Positions 1 to 9,217 of a DNA stretch of 32,000 nucleotides are shown here, piece after piece; positions within the stretch are counted from its first letter, which is position 1, and each line of letters starts with the position of its first letter. This DNA comes from Okeania sp. (GTDB lineage: Bacteria > Cyanobacteriota > Cyanobacteriia > Cyanobacteriales > Microcoleaceae): contig NZ_JAYKGW010000013.1 in assembly GCF_035285525.1 (NCBI RefSeq), forward strand, positions 1-32,000. Direction: 5' to 3'. The position numbers and the translations under genes were made by a program. The notes under the pieces are model-generated. The model had not been told where the DNA came from, did no database searches, and saw only the letters and a list, made by a program, of their open reading frames with translations.

Positions 1-946
1 TATAGCAGTCGAAGCAAAGAGCGCGGACATAATGCTCGAAAAATTATCTAGGAAAGATTATGCCTGCTCCTTATAGCTATGACTTAAGACAAAAAGTTAT
101 GAAGGCCATTGATGGTGGAATGACTAAAAATCAAGTAAGTTCTATATTTAAGATTAGTCGTAATACCATCAATATTTGGTTACATAGAAGAAGAGAAACT
201 GGGGATATAAAAGCTAAAACAGGTTATCAAAAAGGATATAATCCCAAAATATCAGACGCGCGAAAAATTCCGAGAATTTGCCCAGATTAATAGCAGTAAA
301 ACTCAAAAAGAAATGGCATCTGAATGGCCAGAATTGGTTAGCGATCGCACTATAAGTAAAGCCTTAAAAAAATTACAAGAAAAAAAAACTTACGGTTACA
401 GAGAAAGAGATGAAGACAAAAGAAAAGAATTTATAGCCAAAATTAGTCATAAAAGGCCAGAACAGTTGGTGTATATAGATGAATCAGGTATGGATAATAG
501 AGAAGATTATGGTTATGGATGGAATGAATCGGGAAAAAGCTATTACGATTTCAAGTCAGGAAAAAGAAGTCTAAGAGTAAGTATTATAAGTGGTTTGTGT
601 GAGGGAAAATTAGTTGCTCCATTAACATTTGAAGGTTCTTGTAACCGTCTAGTTTTTGAAAAATGGTTGGAAGAAAAATTATTGCCTCAATTAAAAACAG
701 GACAATTAGTAATATTAGATAATGCAAGTTTTCACAAATCCTCAAAAATTAGAGAATTAATAGAATCAGTGAATTGTGAAATTGAATATTTACCACCATA
801 TTCTCCTGACTTAAATGAAATAGAACATTATTGGTTTCCAATTAAAAACCGAGGCACGAAAGTCAGAAGGAACAATAGAAAATTTTCGTATTGAGAGTTG
901 ATTATGCTGTTAAATTAACGTCCTAACCTTTGCTTCGATTGCTATA
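1..946 (+). mobile_element. IS630-family (Tc1/mariner-like) insertion sequence, decayed copy
   Basis: Terminal inverted repeats: TATAGCAGTCGAAGCAAAG at 1-19, and its reverse complement at 928-946 with one mismatch (18/19). Both outer ends are TA. They enclose HTH and DDE transposase reading frames. The left end coincides with the window edge, so the left flank is not visible. Confidence 0.85.
60..926 (+). pseudogene. IS630-family transposase, frameshifted
   Basis: ORF 60-290 encodes the N-terminal HTH part. ORF 313-894 encodes the DDE part (DESGMD, LDNASFHKS, YLPPYSPDLNEIEHYW). The frame of the second ORF already reads REKFREFAQINSSKTQKEM from about 259, so there is a frame change near the A-run at 262-267. 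Near the 3' end, two other frames continue a transposase-like reading (SEGTIENFRIES, then VDYAVKLTS, stop at 924-926). This suggests further frameshifts. A programmed frameshift at the first site cannot be excluded. Confidence 0.75.
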
Positions 947-1130
947 ACAATATTGTCAGCATTCAGCAGTCAGCTAGCCTCTTTCAGAGGAGCTTCGCTA
1001 ACAGCTATCAGCTTGATCAACTTTAGCTAATAACTAAGACTACTTGTTCTTTAATTTTCTGCTTCAAAATATAGTAGAAGTTAATGTTTGCTTCATCTAA
1101 ACTCCACTTTTAAAGGCTTATTTCTTAAAA

Positions 1131-1240
1131 AGCTGAATGCTGACTGCTAATAGCTGAATGCTTACACAATCTTATTTTATTAGTGTAAGAAATTTCATTC
1201 CTTTTAGAGAATAGGAAATGCTAATAGCTAAATGCTTACC
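1131..1240. repeat. Dispersed repeat family with GTAAGCATTCAGC-type ends and GCTGAAT/CAGTCAG heptamer-like core
   Basis: AGCTGAATGCTGACTGCTAATAGCTGAATGCTTACA, followed by a second inverted piece GGAAATGCTAATAGCTAAATGCTTAC. Related copies are at about 958-1012, 7871-7945, 8118-8165, 8281-8345, 8803-8935 and 9043-9090. Confidence 0.6.
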
Positions 1241-1550
1241 AGGGAACAGATAATTAAGTAAGAATTTCAGTTTTTTTAATTTGCTTTTTGATTTGTCACA
1301 ACTTATTTAAAATTGCTATATTTAGGATTACTATAATAATTCAACAAAAATATCAAGAGGGCAAATACAACACTTAACTTACGGTTTGCCACAATGACAG
1401 CGATCGCTTATTAGCCTTAAATTAGAAACATAAAAGAACAAAAGTTAAGACTTACCAAACCAAGCAATAAACTTGCTTTATTCTCATGTTTTGAAAAAGT
1501 TCGGCAAATTGCCTGGTGTGCTGATGAATAATTTCATTTATCAGTTTTAA

Positions 1551-1800
1551 TTAGGGTTTGCCTATGGAAAGTCTGATGGTTAGGGTAGGGAGTAGGGAGT
1601 CGTAGGGACGTTGCATAAGGGCGTCCATACAGAGCTAGGAAGAATAGGAGTTATAGAGGAATTAGTTGTAAGAATTGTCTGTTAATTTTTCTACTCTTGT
1701 ATAATCCTTATATGCTAACTTTTTTAACCTTTTTGACCTAAAAGCTGGTACTTTTTCCCCACCTAAAGTTGCTAAAAGCTTTACAAGTTAGTTAATAACT
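1551..1800 (-). repeat. Copy of a ~250-300 bp MITE-like family (family E) with TTAGGGTTTGC / GCAAACCCTAA ends
   Basis: Starts TTAGGGTTTGCCTATGGAAAG, followed by GTAGGGAGTAGGGAG. The internal segments GAATAGGAGTTATAGAGGAATTAG, TTTTTCTACTCTTG, CTAACTTTTTTAACC and TTGACCTAAAAGCTGGTACTTTTTCC are collinear, as reverse complement, with 23678-23945 and 17942-18157. The far end is degenerate. Confidence 0.65.
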
Positions 1801-1823
1801 TGAAGTTCTTGCCAATAAGACTA

Positions 1824-1857
1824 GCTGACGGCTGAATGCTGAATGCTGAATGCTGAT
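1824..1857. repeat. Heptamer tandem repeat (GCTGAAT)n, STRR-like
   Basis: GCTGACGGCTGAATGCTGAATGCTGAATGCTGAT read directly. A related array is at about 9047-9075. Confidence 0.85.
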
Positions 1858-2062
1858 ATCTAATCTTTAATGAGGTTCGGTAAATACCCCTTCATAGAAT
1901 ACTCTAACTAACCGCAGTATAGATATAAATAACTTAATATTTCAGACTAAACCTAAACTCAAACTAAATTATTGAGATTAAATATTAGTCTTTAAGTCAA
2001 TCCCCAAAATAGGGTTGACAAATAGGCAAAAATTTTGTAACAAATGGAGCAAAAAAACTGTT

Positions 2063-3973
2063 ATGGCAAAAGTAGTCGGAATTGACTTAGGTACAACAAA
2101 CTCTTGTGTTGCTGTTATGGAAGGTGGTAAACCCACAGTTATAGCTAATGCAGAGGGTTTTCGTACAACCCCCTCCGTAGTAGCTTACGGCAAAAAAAGA
2201 GAACAACTGGTCGGTCAAATCGCTAAACGTCAAGCGGTGATGAATACCCAAAATACCTTCTACTCTGTAAAGCGATTCATCGGACGTAGATTTGATGAAG
2301 TAACTAACGAAACTACTGAAGTTTCCTACAAAGTTCTCAACATCAATGGCAATGTTAAGTTAGATTGTCCAGCATTAGAAAAACAATATGCCCCCGAAGA
2401 GATTTCAGCTCAAGTTTTGCGTAAACTTATTGAGGATGCTAGTAAGTATCTTGGGGAACAGGTAACGCAAGCCGTAATTACCGTACCTGCTTACTTCAAC
2501 GACTCCCAAAGACAGGCAACCAAAGATGCTGGTAAGATTGCTGGTGTGGAAGTCCTCCGGATTATCAACGAACCAACTGCTGCTTCCCTAGCTTATGGTT
2601 TAGATAAAAAAAGTAACGAAACTATTTTAGTATTTGACCTTGGTGGTGGTACATTCGATGTTTCCATTTTAGAAGTAGGTGACGGTGTATTTGAAGTATT
2701 AGCAACTTCTGGTGATACTCACCTTGGCGGTGATGATTTTGATAAGAAAATTGTTGATTATTTAGCTAGTGAATTTCAAAAAGCAGAAGGTATCGACCTC
2801 CGTAAAGACAAACAAGCTCTACAACGTTTAACAGAAGCAGCAGAAAAAGCTAAAATTGAACTTTCTAGCGTTACTCAAGCAGAAATTAACCTACCATTTA
2901 TTACTGCTACTCAAGATGGACCTAAGCATTTAGATGTAACTCTTACCAGAGCTGAATTTGAAGGTCTATGTTCCGACCTTATTGATCGCTGTCGGATTCC
3001 TGTAGAAAATTCGATCCGGGATGCTAAGTTAGATAAAAAAGCTATTGACGAAGTAGTATTAGTTGGTGGTTCTACTCGTATTCCAGCAGTTAAAGAAATT
3101 GTCAAGAAGGTATTAGGTAAAGACCCGAACCAAAGTGTTAACCCTGATGAAGTGGTAGCTGTTGGTGCTGCTATTCAAGCTGGTGTGTTAGCAGGTGAAG
3201 TTAAAGATATTCTCTTGTTAGACGTTACTCCTCTATCTTTGGGTGTGGAAACTCTGGGTGGAGTAATGACTAAAATTATTCCCCGTAACACTACTATTCC
3301 TACCAAGAAATCAGAAGTGTTCTCAACTGCTGTAGATGGTCAGACAAATGTAGAAATCCATGTACTACAGGGTGAGCGGGAAATGTCTAATGATAACAAG
3401 AGTTTAGGAACTTTCCGCTTAGATGGTATCCCCGCAGCACCTCGCGGTGTACCTCAAATCGAAGTTACTTTTGATATTGATGCTAACGGTATTCTGAATG
3501 TAACTGCGAAGGATAAGGGTACTGGTAAGGAACAGTCTATTAGTATTACGGGTGCTTCCACTCTTCCAGATACAGAAGTTGATCGGATGGTTAAGGAAGC
3601 AGAAGCAAATGCTGCTGCTGACAAAGAACGTCGCGAGAAAATTGACCGCAAAAACCAAGCTGACTCTTTAGCATATCAGGCTGAGAAGCAAATTCAGGAA
3701 TTGGGAGATAAGGTTCCGGAAGCTGATAAGACTAAGATTGAAGGTTTGGTTAAAGATTTGCGGGATGCTGTTGGTCAAGAAGACGATGAGAAAATTACTG
3801 CTTTAACTACTGAGTTACAACAAGCTCTCTACACTGTTAGCAGCAATATGTATCAACAAGCTGGTGGCGCTCCTGGTGAAGGTCCAGCACCCGGTGGTGA
3901 TGGTGCTGCTGCTGACTCTAATGCTGGTGGTGGAGATGATGTGATTGATGCTGATTTTACTGAATCAAAGTAA
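2063..3973 (+). CDS. dnaK: Molecular chaperone DnaK (Hsp70)
   Basis: Full-length Hsp70 with [28 protein letters not shown] and [12 protein letters not shown] motifs and an acidic, Gly-rich C-terminus. I place the start at ATG 2063 (GGAG about 13 nt upstream) rather than the TTG at 2015 used by the ORF track. Confidence 0.97.
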   Translation: MAKVVGIDLGTTNSCVAVMEGGKPTVIANAEGFRTTPSVVAYGKKREQLVGQIAKRQAVMNTQNTFYSVKRFIGRRFDEVTNETTEVSYKVLNINGNVKLDCPALEKQYAPEEISAQVLRKLIEDASKYLGEQVTQAVITVPAYFNDSQRQATKDAGKIAGVEVLRIINEPTAASLAYGLDKKSNETILVFDLGGGTFDVSILEVGDGVFEVLATSGDTHLGGDDFDKKIVDYLASEFQKAEGIDLRKDKQALQRLTEAAEKAKIELSSVTQAEINLPFITATQDGPKHLDVTLTRAEFEGLCSDLIDRCRIPVENSIRDAKLDKKAIDEVVLVGGSTRIPAVKEIVKKVLGKDPNQSVNPDEVVAVGAAIQAGVLAGEVKDILLLDVTPLSLGVETLGGVMTKIIPRNTTIPTKKSEVFSTAVDGQTNVEIHVLQGEREMSNDNKSLGTFRLDGIPAAPRGVPQIEVTFDIDANGILNVTAKDKGTGKEQSISITGASTLPDTEVDRMVKEAEANAAADKERREKIDRKNQADSLAYQAEKQIQELGDKVPEADKTKIEGLVKDLRDAVGQEDDEKITALTTELQQALYTVSSNMYQQAGGAPGEGPAPGGDGAAADSNAGGGDDVIDADFTESK

Positions 3974-4002
3974 GTAATCGATAATTAATAATTAATAATT
4001 AC

Positions 4003-4070
4003 AGGACTTACGCAAAGAAACCCGGTTGATCGTAGAAACCGGGTTTCTGGATTCCCGTTGCTTTAGTCCT
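4003..4070. repeat. Small MITE-like element (family A, AGGACTTACGCA ends) with a nested GAAACCCGG hairpin repeat
   Basis: AGGACTTACGCAA at the left end and TTGCTTTAGTCCT at the right end (imperfect TIR, 11/13). The internal sequence is GAAACCCGGTTGATCGTAGAAACCGGGTTTC. The element lies between two directly oriented AATTAAT heptamer arrays (3981-4000 and 4072-4092). Confidence 0.7.
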
Positions 4071-4158
4071 GAATTAATAATTAATAATTAATCTATTCGC
4101 TCCATTAATTAATGAAAATTCCCTGGAACGTCCCTACTATTTCTTTTCTAAAAATGTC

Positions 4159-4272
4159 AGGACTTACGCATAATCGAGGAGTTTTGGTCATTTGAGATTG
4201 CTATCCTGACGGACTGCTTCGCAAACGCTGTGGCTCGCAATGACAGAAATACGTTGCGCGTGCGTAAGTCCT
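4159..4272. repeat. MITE-like element, family A, with perfect 12-bp terminal inverted repeats
   Basis: AGGACTTACGCA at 4159-4170 and TGCGTAAGTCCT at 4261-4272. No ORF. Related copies are at 14411-14603, 15129-15283, 17028-17075 and 18908-19039. Confidence 0.8.
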
Positions 4273-4302
4273 AAATGTCTAATAATTGATATAGTAGTTA
4301 TG

Positions 4303-4428
4303 TCATGTCCGGATAATCAGCGATAGAAATCCGTTCCGCTTACGCGACCAAAAAACCTTTTTCCTTTAAACCTTTACTTCTCCTTCTGCCTTCATTTCTC
4401 CAAAATTTAACTATTCAACCGGACATGA
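4303..4428. repeat. MITE-like element, family B, with TCATGTCCGG / CCGGACATGA ends
   Basis: 10-bp perfect TIR at 4303-4312 and 4419-4428. The interior contains the CCTTCTGCCTTC motif. There is a partial copy at about 7129-7205 and an inverted copy with an insertion at 17464-17635. Confidence 0.75.
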
Positions 4429-4486
4429 TATTAAAGCAAAGGTCAGGCAATTTCTAAATCCTAAAATCTTTTGATAGTCTACTTTT

Positions 4487-4541
4487 CCCTGTTCCCTATT
4501 CCCTCCATACCTGTTCCCTCCATACCTGTTCCCTATTCCCT
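4487..4541. repeat. Heptamer-type tandem repeat (CCTGTTC/CCTATTC), STRR-like
   Basis: CCCTGTTCCCTATTCCCTCCATACCTGTTCCCTCCATACCTGTTCCCTATTCCC read directly. Similar short arrays are at about 7205-7235 and 22425-22447. Confidence 0.8.
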
Positions 4542-4561
4542 AGTGCGTAGCGCTGTAACTG

Positions 4562-5074
4562 ATGAAAAAACATTCTCGTACTATTCCAGATAATGAACTT
4601 CAAACTGCTAAGGTTAAACAACTGCGTCAACTTAGTGACTTACTTGATAATGCGATTCGTGTTCCTGGTACATCATTAGGTGTTGGTCTCGATCCCTTGC
4701 TAGGATTAATTCCTGGTGGTGGAGATGTTTTGGGCGGATTAATTTCTGTTTATATTGTGTTCTCTGCTGCCAAGATGGGATTACCTAAAGAAACTCTGAC
4801 ACGAATGGCTTCTAATATAGTGTTTGATTCCCTTGTTGGTATTGTACCTGTTATTGGGGATTTATTTGATGTTGCATGGAAAGCAAATTCTAAAAATATG
4901 GATTTGTTGGAGAGTCATTTAAAATCTCCTCAAGTTAGTAAAAAAGCTGATAGTTCGTTTATTTTTCTACTTTTAGGTGGCTTGATTTTATTTGTAATTG
5001 TTATTGCTATTTTAGGTTTTTTTATTATTAGTTTGTTATTAAAAATAATACAATTTATTATGTCAGGTATTTAA
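4562..5074 (+). CDS. DUF4112 domain-containing membrane protein
   Basis: LDPLLGLIPGGGDVLGGLISVYIV and FDSLVGIVPVIGDLFDVAWKANSKN are characteristic of the DUF4112 family as I recall it. There is a hydrophobic C-terminal helix. Confidence 0.8.
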   Translation: MKKHSRTIPDNELQTAKVKQLRQLSDLLDNAIRVPGTSLGVGLDPLLGLIPGGGDVLGGLISVYIVFSAAKMGLPKETLTRMASNIVFDSLVGIVPVIGDLFDVAWKANSKNMDLLESHLKSPQVSKKADSSFIFLLLGGLILFVIVIAILGFFIISLLLKIIQFIMSGI

Positions 5075-5400
5075 TGTTAGTAATGTCATATAGAACCCAT
5101 TTTGTGTGGGTGCATCTCATAGCGTGCCAAAATACTTTTTTCCTATTCCTTATTCCTTCTAAACCAGTTAAGTTTTCCCTAAAAGCGGTAAATTTTTGGC
5201 TTTATTCATGCATTGAGATGCACCCTTTTGTGTCTTTACAAAACTAGGGTTTGCGCTTCTTCAGTCTCTTGGTGAAGGTAGGGAGTAGGTAGGGACGTTG
5301 CATAGTCCCTACTGGATTTTGATTATGGCTCCAGTGGTTCATCAAGAGTGAAAAGCACTGTAACTCAGTATTTCAAGCCTCTGACTTGAGTCGAAGTTTA

Positions 5401-5478
5401 CTGATAACTGAATTGCGCAGTTCCTCCGGAGGAGGCTAACTGATAACTGATAACTGATAACTGATAACTGATAACTGA
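5401..5478. repeat. (AACTGAT)n heptamer array interrupted by a 25-nt hairpin insertion
   Basis: CTGATAACTGA, then [ATTGCGCAGTTCCTCCGGAGGAGGC] at 5412-5436, then TAACTGATAACTGATAACTGATAACTGATAACTGA. The heptamer phase continues exactly across the insertion. Confidence 0.85.
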
Positions 5479-5500
5479 AATGATCATTCAGCTAATAATG

Positions 5501-5653
5501 AACAATTAATAATTAATAATTACCCCTTCTTAAAAGAAGGGGATTGACTAATCATGAAAATTTTTGATTTATCCCCTAGAATAGGGGAGGCTTCCAGGGG
5601 TGAATTGTTGAATGAATAATTATTGACTATCAACTTTTAATTATTAATTATTC
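5501..5653 (+). repeat. ~110-bp element (family F) bracketed by inverted AATTAAT heptamer arrays
   Basis: (AATTAAT)3 at 5501-5521, a core at 5522-5632 containing the hairpin CCCCTTCTTAAAAGAAGGGG, then (ATTAATT)-phase repeats at 5633-5653. A reverse-complement copy lies at 19377-19541. Confidence 0.75.
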
Positions 5654-5738
5654 AGTAATACCTTTGAGATTTAATCAGCAAACCCTAACTACTCCCTACT
5701 CCCTACCATAACAAAAAGACTTTTTTTGCCAACCCTAG

Positions 5739-6812
5739 TTAGTTAGAATGTCTTTCCAATGCTAACTGAATCAAAGTATCTACCAACTCATCAAAAAGAA
5801 CACCACTAGCTTCCCAAAGCATAGGATACATACTCGTAGAAGTAAAACCAGGCATAGTATTAATTTCATTAATCAAAATTTCTCCACTTTTTTCCACATA
5901 GAAAAAATCTACCCTGGCTAAACCTGCTGCATCCACAGCTAAAAATGCCTGGGTTGCCATTTCTTGAATTTGAGTAGCGATCGCTTCACTCACCCGCGCG
6001 GGAATAAATAATCCTGCTTTTCCTTCTGTATACTTAGTTTCATAATCATAAAAATCACTATCATAAGTAATCTCACCAAGTACAGAAGCTTTCGGGTGAT
6101 CATTCCCCAACACTGCACATTCTAACTCTCGCATTTCCACACCTGCTTCCACAATAATGCGTCGGTCATATTTAGCAGCATCATCCAAAGCAGTTTCTAA
6201 CTCCGAACGGGTGCGCACCTTAGCAATACCAACCGATGAACCTAAATTTGCAGGTTTCACAAAACAGGGATATCCTAAAGCTGTTTCAATATCATCACAC
6301 AGTTTGGGAAACACACAAGGATTAGACCAAATCTGCGATCGCATTACTGCCATATACTTCACTTGAGGTAAACCTGCATGAGCAAAAGCAATTTTTGTGG
6401 CTATTTTATCCATACCCATTGCTGCACCCAAAACTCCAGAACCGACAAAAGGAACCTGCATTAATTTGAGTAAACCTTGTATTGTACCATCTTCCCCATT
6501 CGGACCGTGGAGAACTGGAAACCAAACATCTACCTCTGCTACTTCGGGAGGAAGTTGCCAGAGAAGGGATGTTTTGGAGTCATTATTATTTTCATCCGTC
6601 AGTTGGGATGGTTTACCAGACTCTAGCACTGGTTGGGAAAAATCAGTTGGTTGCCAACGACCATCTTTTTGAATATATATTGGCATTAATTCATATTTTT
6701 CTGGATTTTTTCCTTTACTTAAGGCAGTAGCGATCGCTTTAGCAGAGCAAATGGATACTTCATGTTCCCCGGAGCAACCACCAAATAATAAACCTACTCG
6801 TAATTTTTTCAT
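5739..6812 (-). CDS. ddl: D-alanine--D-alanine ligase
   Basis: 357 aa. Starts [23 protein letters not shown]-grasp motifs ([22 protein letters not shown]). ATG at 6812-6810. Confidence 0.95.
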   Translation of the reverse strand: MKKLRVGLLFGGCSGEHEVSICSAKAIATALSKGKNPEKYELMPIYIQKDGRWQPTDFSQPVLESGKPSQLTDENNNDSKTSLLWQLPPEVAEVDVWFPVLHGPNGEDGTIQGLLKLMQVPFVGSGVLGAAMGMDKIATKIAFAHAGLPQVKYMAVMRSQIWSNPCVFPKLCDDIETALGYPCFVKPANLGSSVGIAKVRTRSELETALDDAAKYDRRIIVEAGVEMRELECAVLGNDHPKASVLGEITYDSDFYDYETKYTEGKAGLFIPARVSEAIATQIQEMATQAFLAVDAAGLARVDFFYVEKSGEILINEINTMPGFTSTSMYPMLWEASGVLFDELVDTLIQLALERHSN

Positions 6813-7308
6813 TCAGCTTCCTTTAACAAAATTTTACTGTCAGATAGATTACCATAAGCTAGCAGAAACAAGGAAGAAGGTTTTCAGGAAGTCAAAAGTC
6901 AAAAATCAGAAGTCAGAAGTTTTTAAGGAGATGGGGAGTAATTTTTTGCCCAACTCATGCTCAAAATGCGCTCCTATAGTGCTGCGCTGCCGCGCAACAG
7001 GCAACAGCTCATTTGACAATAGGGAGAATAAATTACCGATAATATAAGACTATTAGTTCTTGGACACCTCCTGCAATCTGGAAATATTAAGTGCACACAT
7101 TACTATATTTGAGCATAGTATCATGTTCGGATAATTAGTAAGAAAAAACTTTTTTTAAACCTTATTTTTCCCTTCTACCTTCGTTCCGCAAAAATAAAAA
7201 GTAAAATCAATTCTTCTTGCCTATTCCCTATTCCCTCTTTTGTAGATATCTATGGTAAACTTGTTAATGTTATTTTAATTAAAAATTCGATTATATAACT
7301 GTAAAATT

Positions 7309-7677
7309 ATGCCCAACTCCAAACGTAATTCTTTTGATAAAATAAATCCCAAAGGCGATCGGGTAGTTTATTCAGAATTTGGTAATAATGCTAGTTCTCC
7401 AGCAACAGAAAGAGCATTACCAAACTTACCGCCAAACCAACAAAATTTAAGAGTACAAGCATCCCGCAAAGGTCGTAAAGGAAAAACAGTTACTATTATT
7501 AGTGGGTTTCAGTCAGACCAAGAAACTTTAACAGCTTTACTTAAACAACTGAAAAATCAATGCGGTGCAGGTGGAACTCTTAAGGATAATGAAATAGAAA
7601 TTCAGGGGGAACATAAAGAAAAGTTGTTAGATATTTTAACTAAGTTAGGTTATAAAGCTAAAATTAGTGGAGGTTAA
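7309..7677 (+). CDS. SUI1/YciH-family translation initiation factor
   Basis: C-terminal SUI1 domain: RKGRKGKTVTIISGF, LKNQCGAGGTLKDNEIEIQGEHKEKL, LGYKAKISGG. Confidence 0.9.
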   Translation: MPNSKRNSFDKINPKGDRVVYSEFGNNASSPATERALPNLPPNQQNLRVQASRKGRKGKTVTIISGFQSDQETLTALLKQLKNQCGAGGTLKDNEIEIQGEHKEKLLDILTKLGYKAKISGG

Positions 7678-8386
7678 AGTTAGTATTAAGCTATTAGACT
7701 TCTCCAGAAAAGAGGTATGGAGGCAATGAGCAATGGGAAGAAGTAATATGGATAAGAATTGATTTCCTGTTTTTTATTTTTGGAGATGTTTATGTCTTTA
7801 AAGTAAGAAAGCAGTAAAAATTGAAATATAAAACTATGTCATTTGGTTGCTTGATTGTACTTACTAAAAAGCTGAAAGGTGAATGCTAATAGCTGAATGT
7901 TACATAAAGCTTTTATGCCAAGAAAGCAATAGCTAATAACTGACAGGGAAATGGTTACTTTAGAGGTTATAAAGTTATTAGAAAAATCAGGAAAATAGAA
8001 TATATTTACTGTAGGTAACTATTAGCAAAGCATTAATTTTCTGAGAGTAAGCTACCAATAATATTTATGGAATTAAGCGGAATTTAGATTTTTGCTTTGT
8101 AAGTTGAAATAGGGGTAAGCATTCAGCAGTCAGCATTTCCTTCGGAAGCAGTCAGCTATTTATTTTAGGAGTGAGATAAAAGCTTTGTTAGTTGAGGCAA
8201 GGTAAATTGAATGTTGCTATCAAAACTAACTTTAAAGGTTATATTCATTAAAAGCCATTTTCATATCTTAAGATAGAGTTTGCTGAATGGGAGTACATTC
8301 CTTTTGCGCGGCATTCTGGAGGAAAGGAATAGCTGAATACTTACAAGTAGGGAAGAATTAAAATTATATTATTGGAGAATATATAA

Positions 8387-8575
8387 ATGTTTAGAACAGT
8401 TGCTTTAGTTTTACTGGGAACTTCTCTTGGTTTTGGATTTTCTATGGTAAGTGATGGTGATGGTTTTGCGATTAAAGTACCTCAAATAGAAGCAGGAAAA
8501 TTAGAATGTCGTTGGTTGCCTGAAAATCATTCCAATAATTCTTTTGATGAACAATTTTTAGAACCAAGATATTAA
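8387..8575 (+). CDS. Hypothetical small protein with an N-terminal hydrophobic (signal-like) segment
   Basis: 62-aa ORF with GGAG about 9 nt upstream of the ATG and a hydrophobic N-terminus (MFRTVALVLLGTSLGFGFSMV). I recognise no family. It is the only ORF in a 1.5-kb non-coding stretch. Confidence 0.35.
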   Translation: MFRTVALVLLGTSLGFGFSMVSDGDGFAIKVPQIEAGKLECRWLPENHSNNSFDEQFLEPRY

Positions 8576-8688
8576 ATAATTAATAATGAAAATTATAGCA
8601 AGATGCGCTGATATTGGAATATTTATGATGCCAAGAAAATAGAAATGCTATAATATCAACTTAAATAATTTTCATTGTGATTAAAAAA

Positions 8689-8723
8689 AAGCAATATCTC
8701 ATAATTTGGGATTGCTTCTTTTT
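8689..8723. terminator. Possible weak intrinsic terminator
   Basis: AAGCAAT (8689-8695) and ATTGCTT (8711-8717) form a 7-bp stem with a 15-nt loop. It is followed by CTTTTT and preceded by an A-run. The stem is AT-rich and the loop is long, so support is weak. Confidence 0.25.
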
Positions 8724-9217
8724 AATTTAAAGAGTTTATAAACGAAGTTTATCTAGGAAATTTTCTGGTTTGAACGGCAATTATGGCAATAAATCTTCTG
8801 TAAGCATTCAGCCGTCAGCTATTGCTTTTAGTTTGTAATAAAAGCTTTTTCATTTTAGAATAAAAATTACTACAAAAGCCAGTTTTTAGTAAGCATTTCC
8901 TGGGTCATGCTGCGCCAACAGCTATTCGCAATAAAAACCTTAACCATAAGGAGGATATTTAAACTAATAAAGAAAGTGAAAGCTGAATTTTGTAGTCAGA
9001 TAAAATTCCTCAATCATAAAGCTTTTATCTCAAAGTAAAATAGATGGCTGAACACTGAGTGCTGAGTGCTGAATTATAAATGCTTACAACCTTCTTTCTT
9101 AGAGCTAAATTAGTTACTATACTTAGGCTTTAGGAATTTGCTGTCCAATAACTCCTAATTAATAAAAACTAAGTATAATATTAATCGGAAAAATAATCTG
9201 GTTTAATAAACAAAAAA

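Noticed and set aside
2015-2062. The ORF-track start of dnaK at TTG 2015, and a possible TTGACA-17 nt-TAACAA promoter at 2015-2043
   Set aside because: The conserved Hsp70 N-terminus begins at [10 protein letters not shown] (ATG 2063). The extra 16 residues have no Hsp70 counterpart. The putative -10 is weak and would put the transcription start inside or after the likely RBS, so I do not call a promoter.
2911-3658. Antisense ORFs inside dnaK (2911-3105, 3419-3658, 3454-3651)
   Set aside because: They lie entirely within a strongly supported CDS on the opposite strand, have low-complexity translations and match no recognisable family.
6157-7047. Plus-strand ORFs overlapping ddl and its upstream region (6157-6366, 6397-6672, 6482-6730, 6751-7047)
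   Set aside because: The first three are antisense shadows of ddl. The last runs through heptamer repeats (AGTCAAAAGTCAAAAATCAGAAGTCAGAAGT) and repeat fragments, with no RBS or family resemblance.
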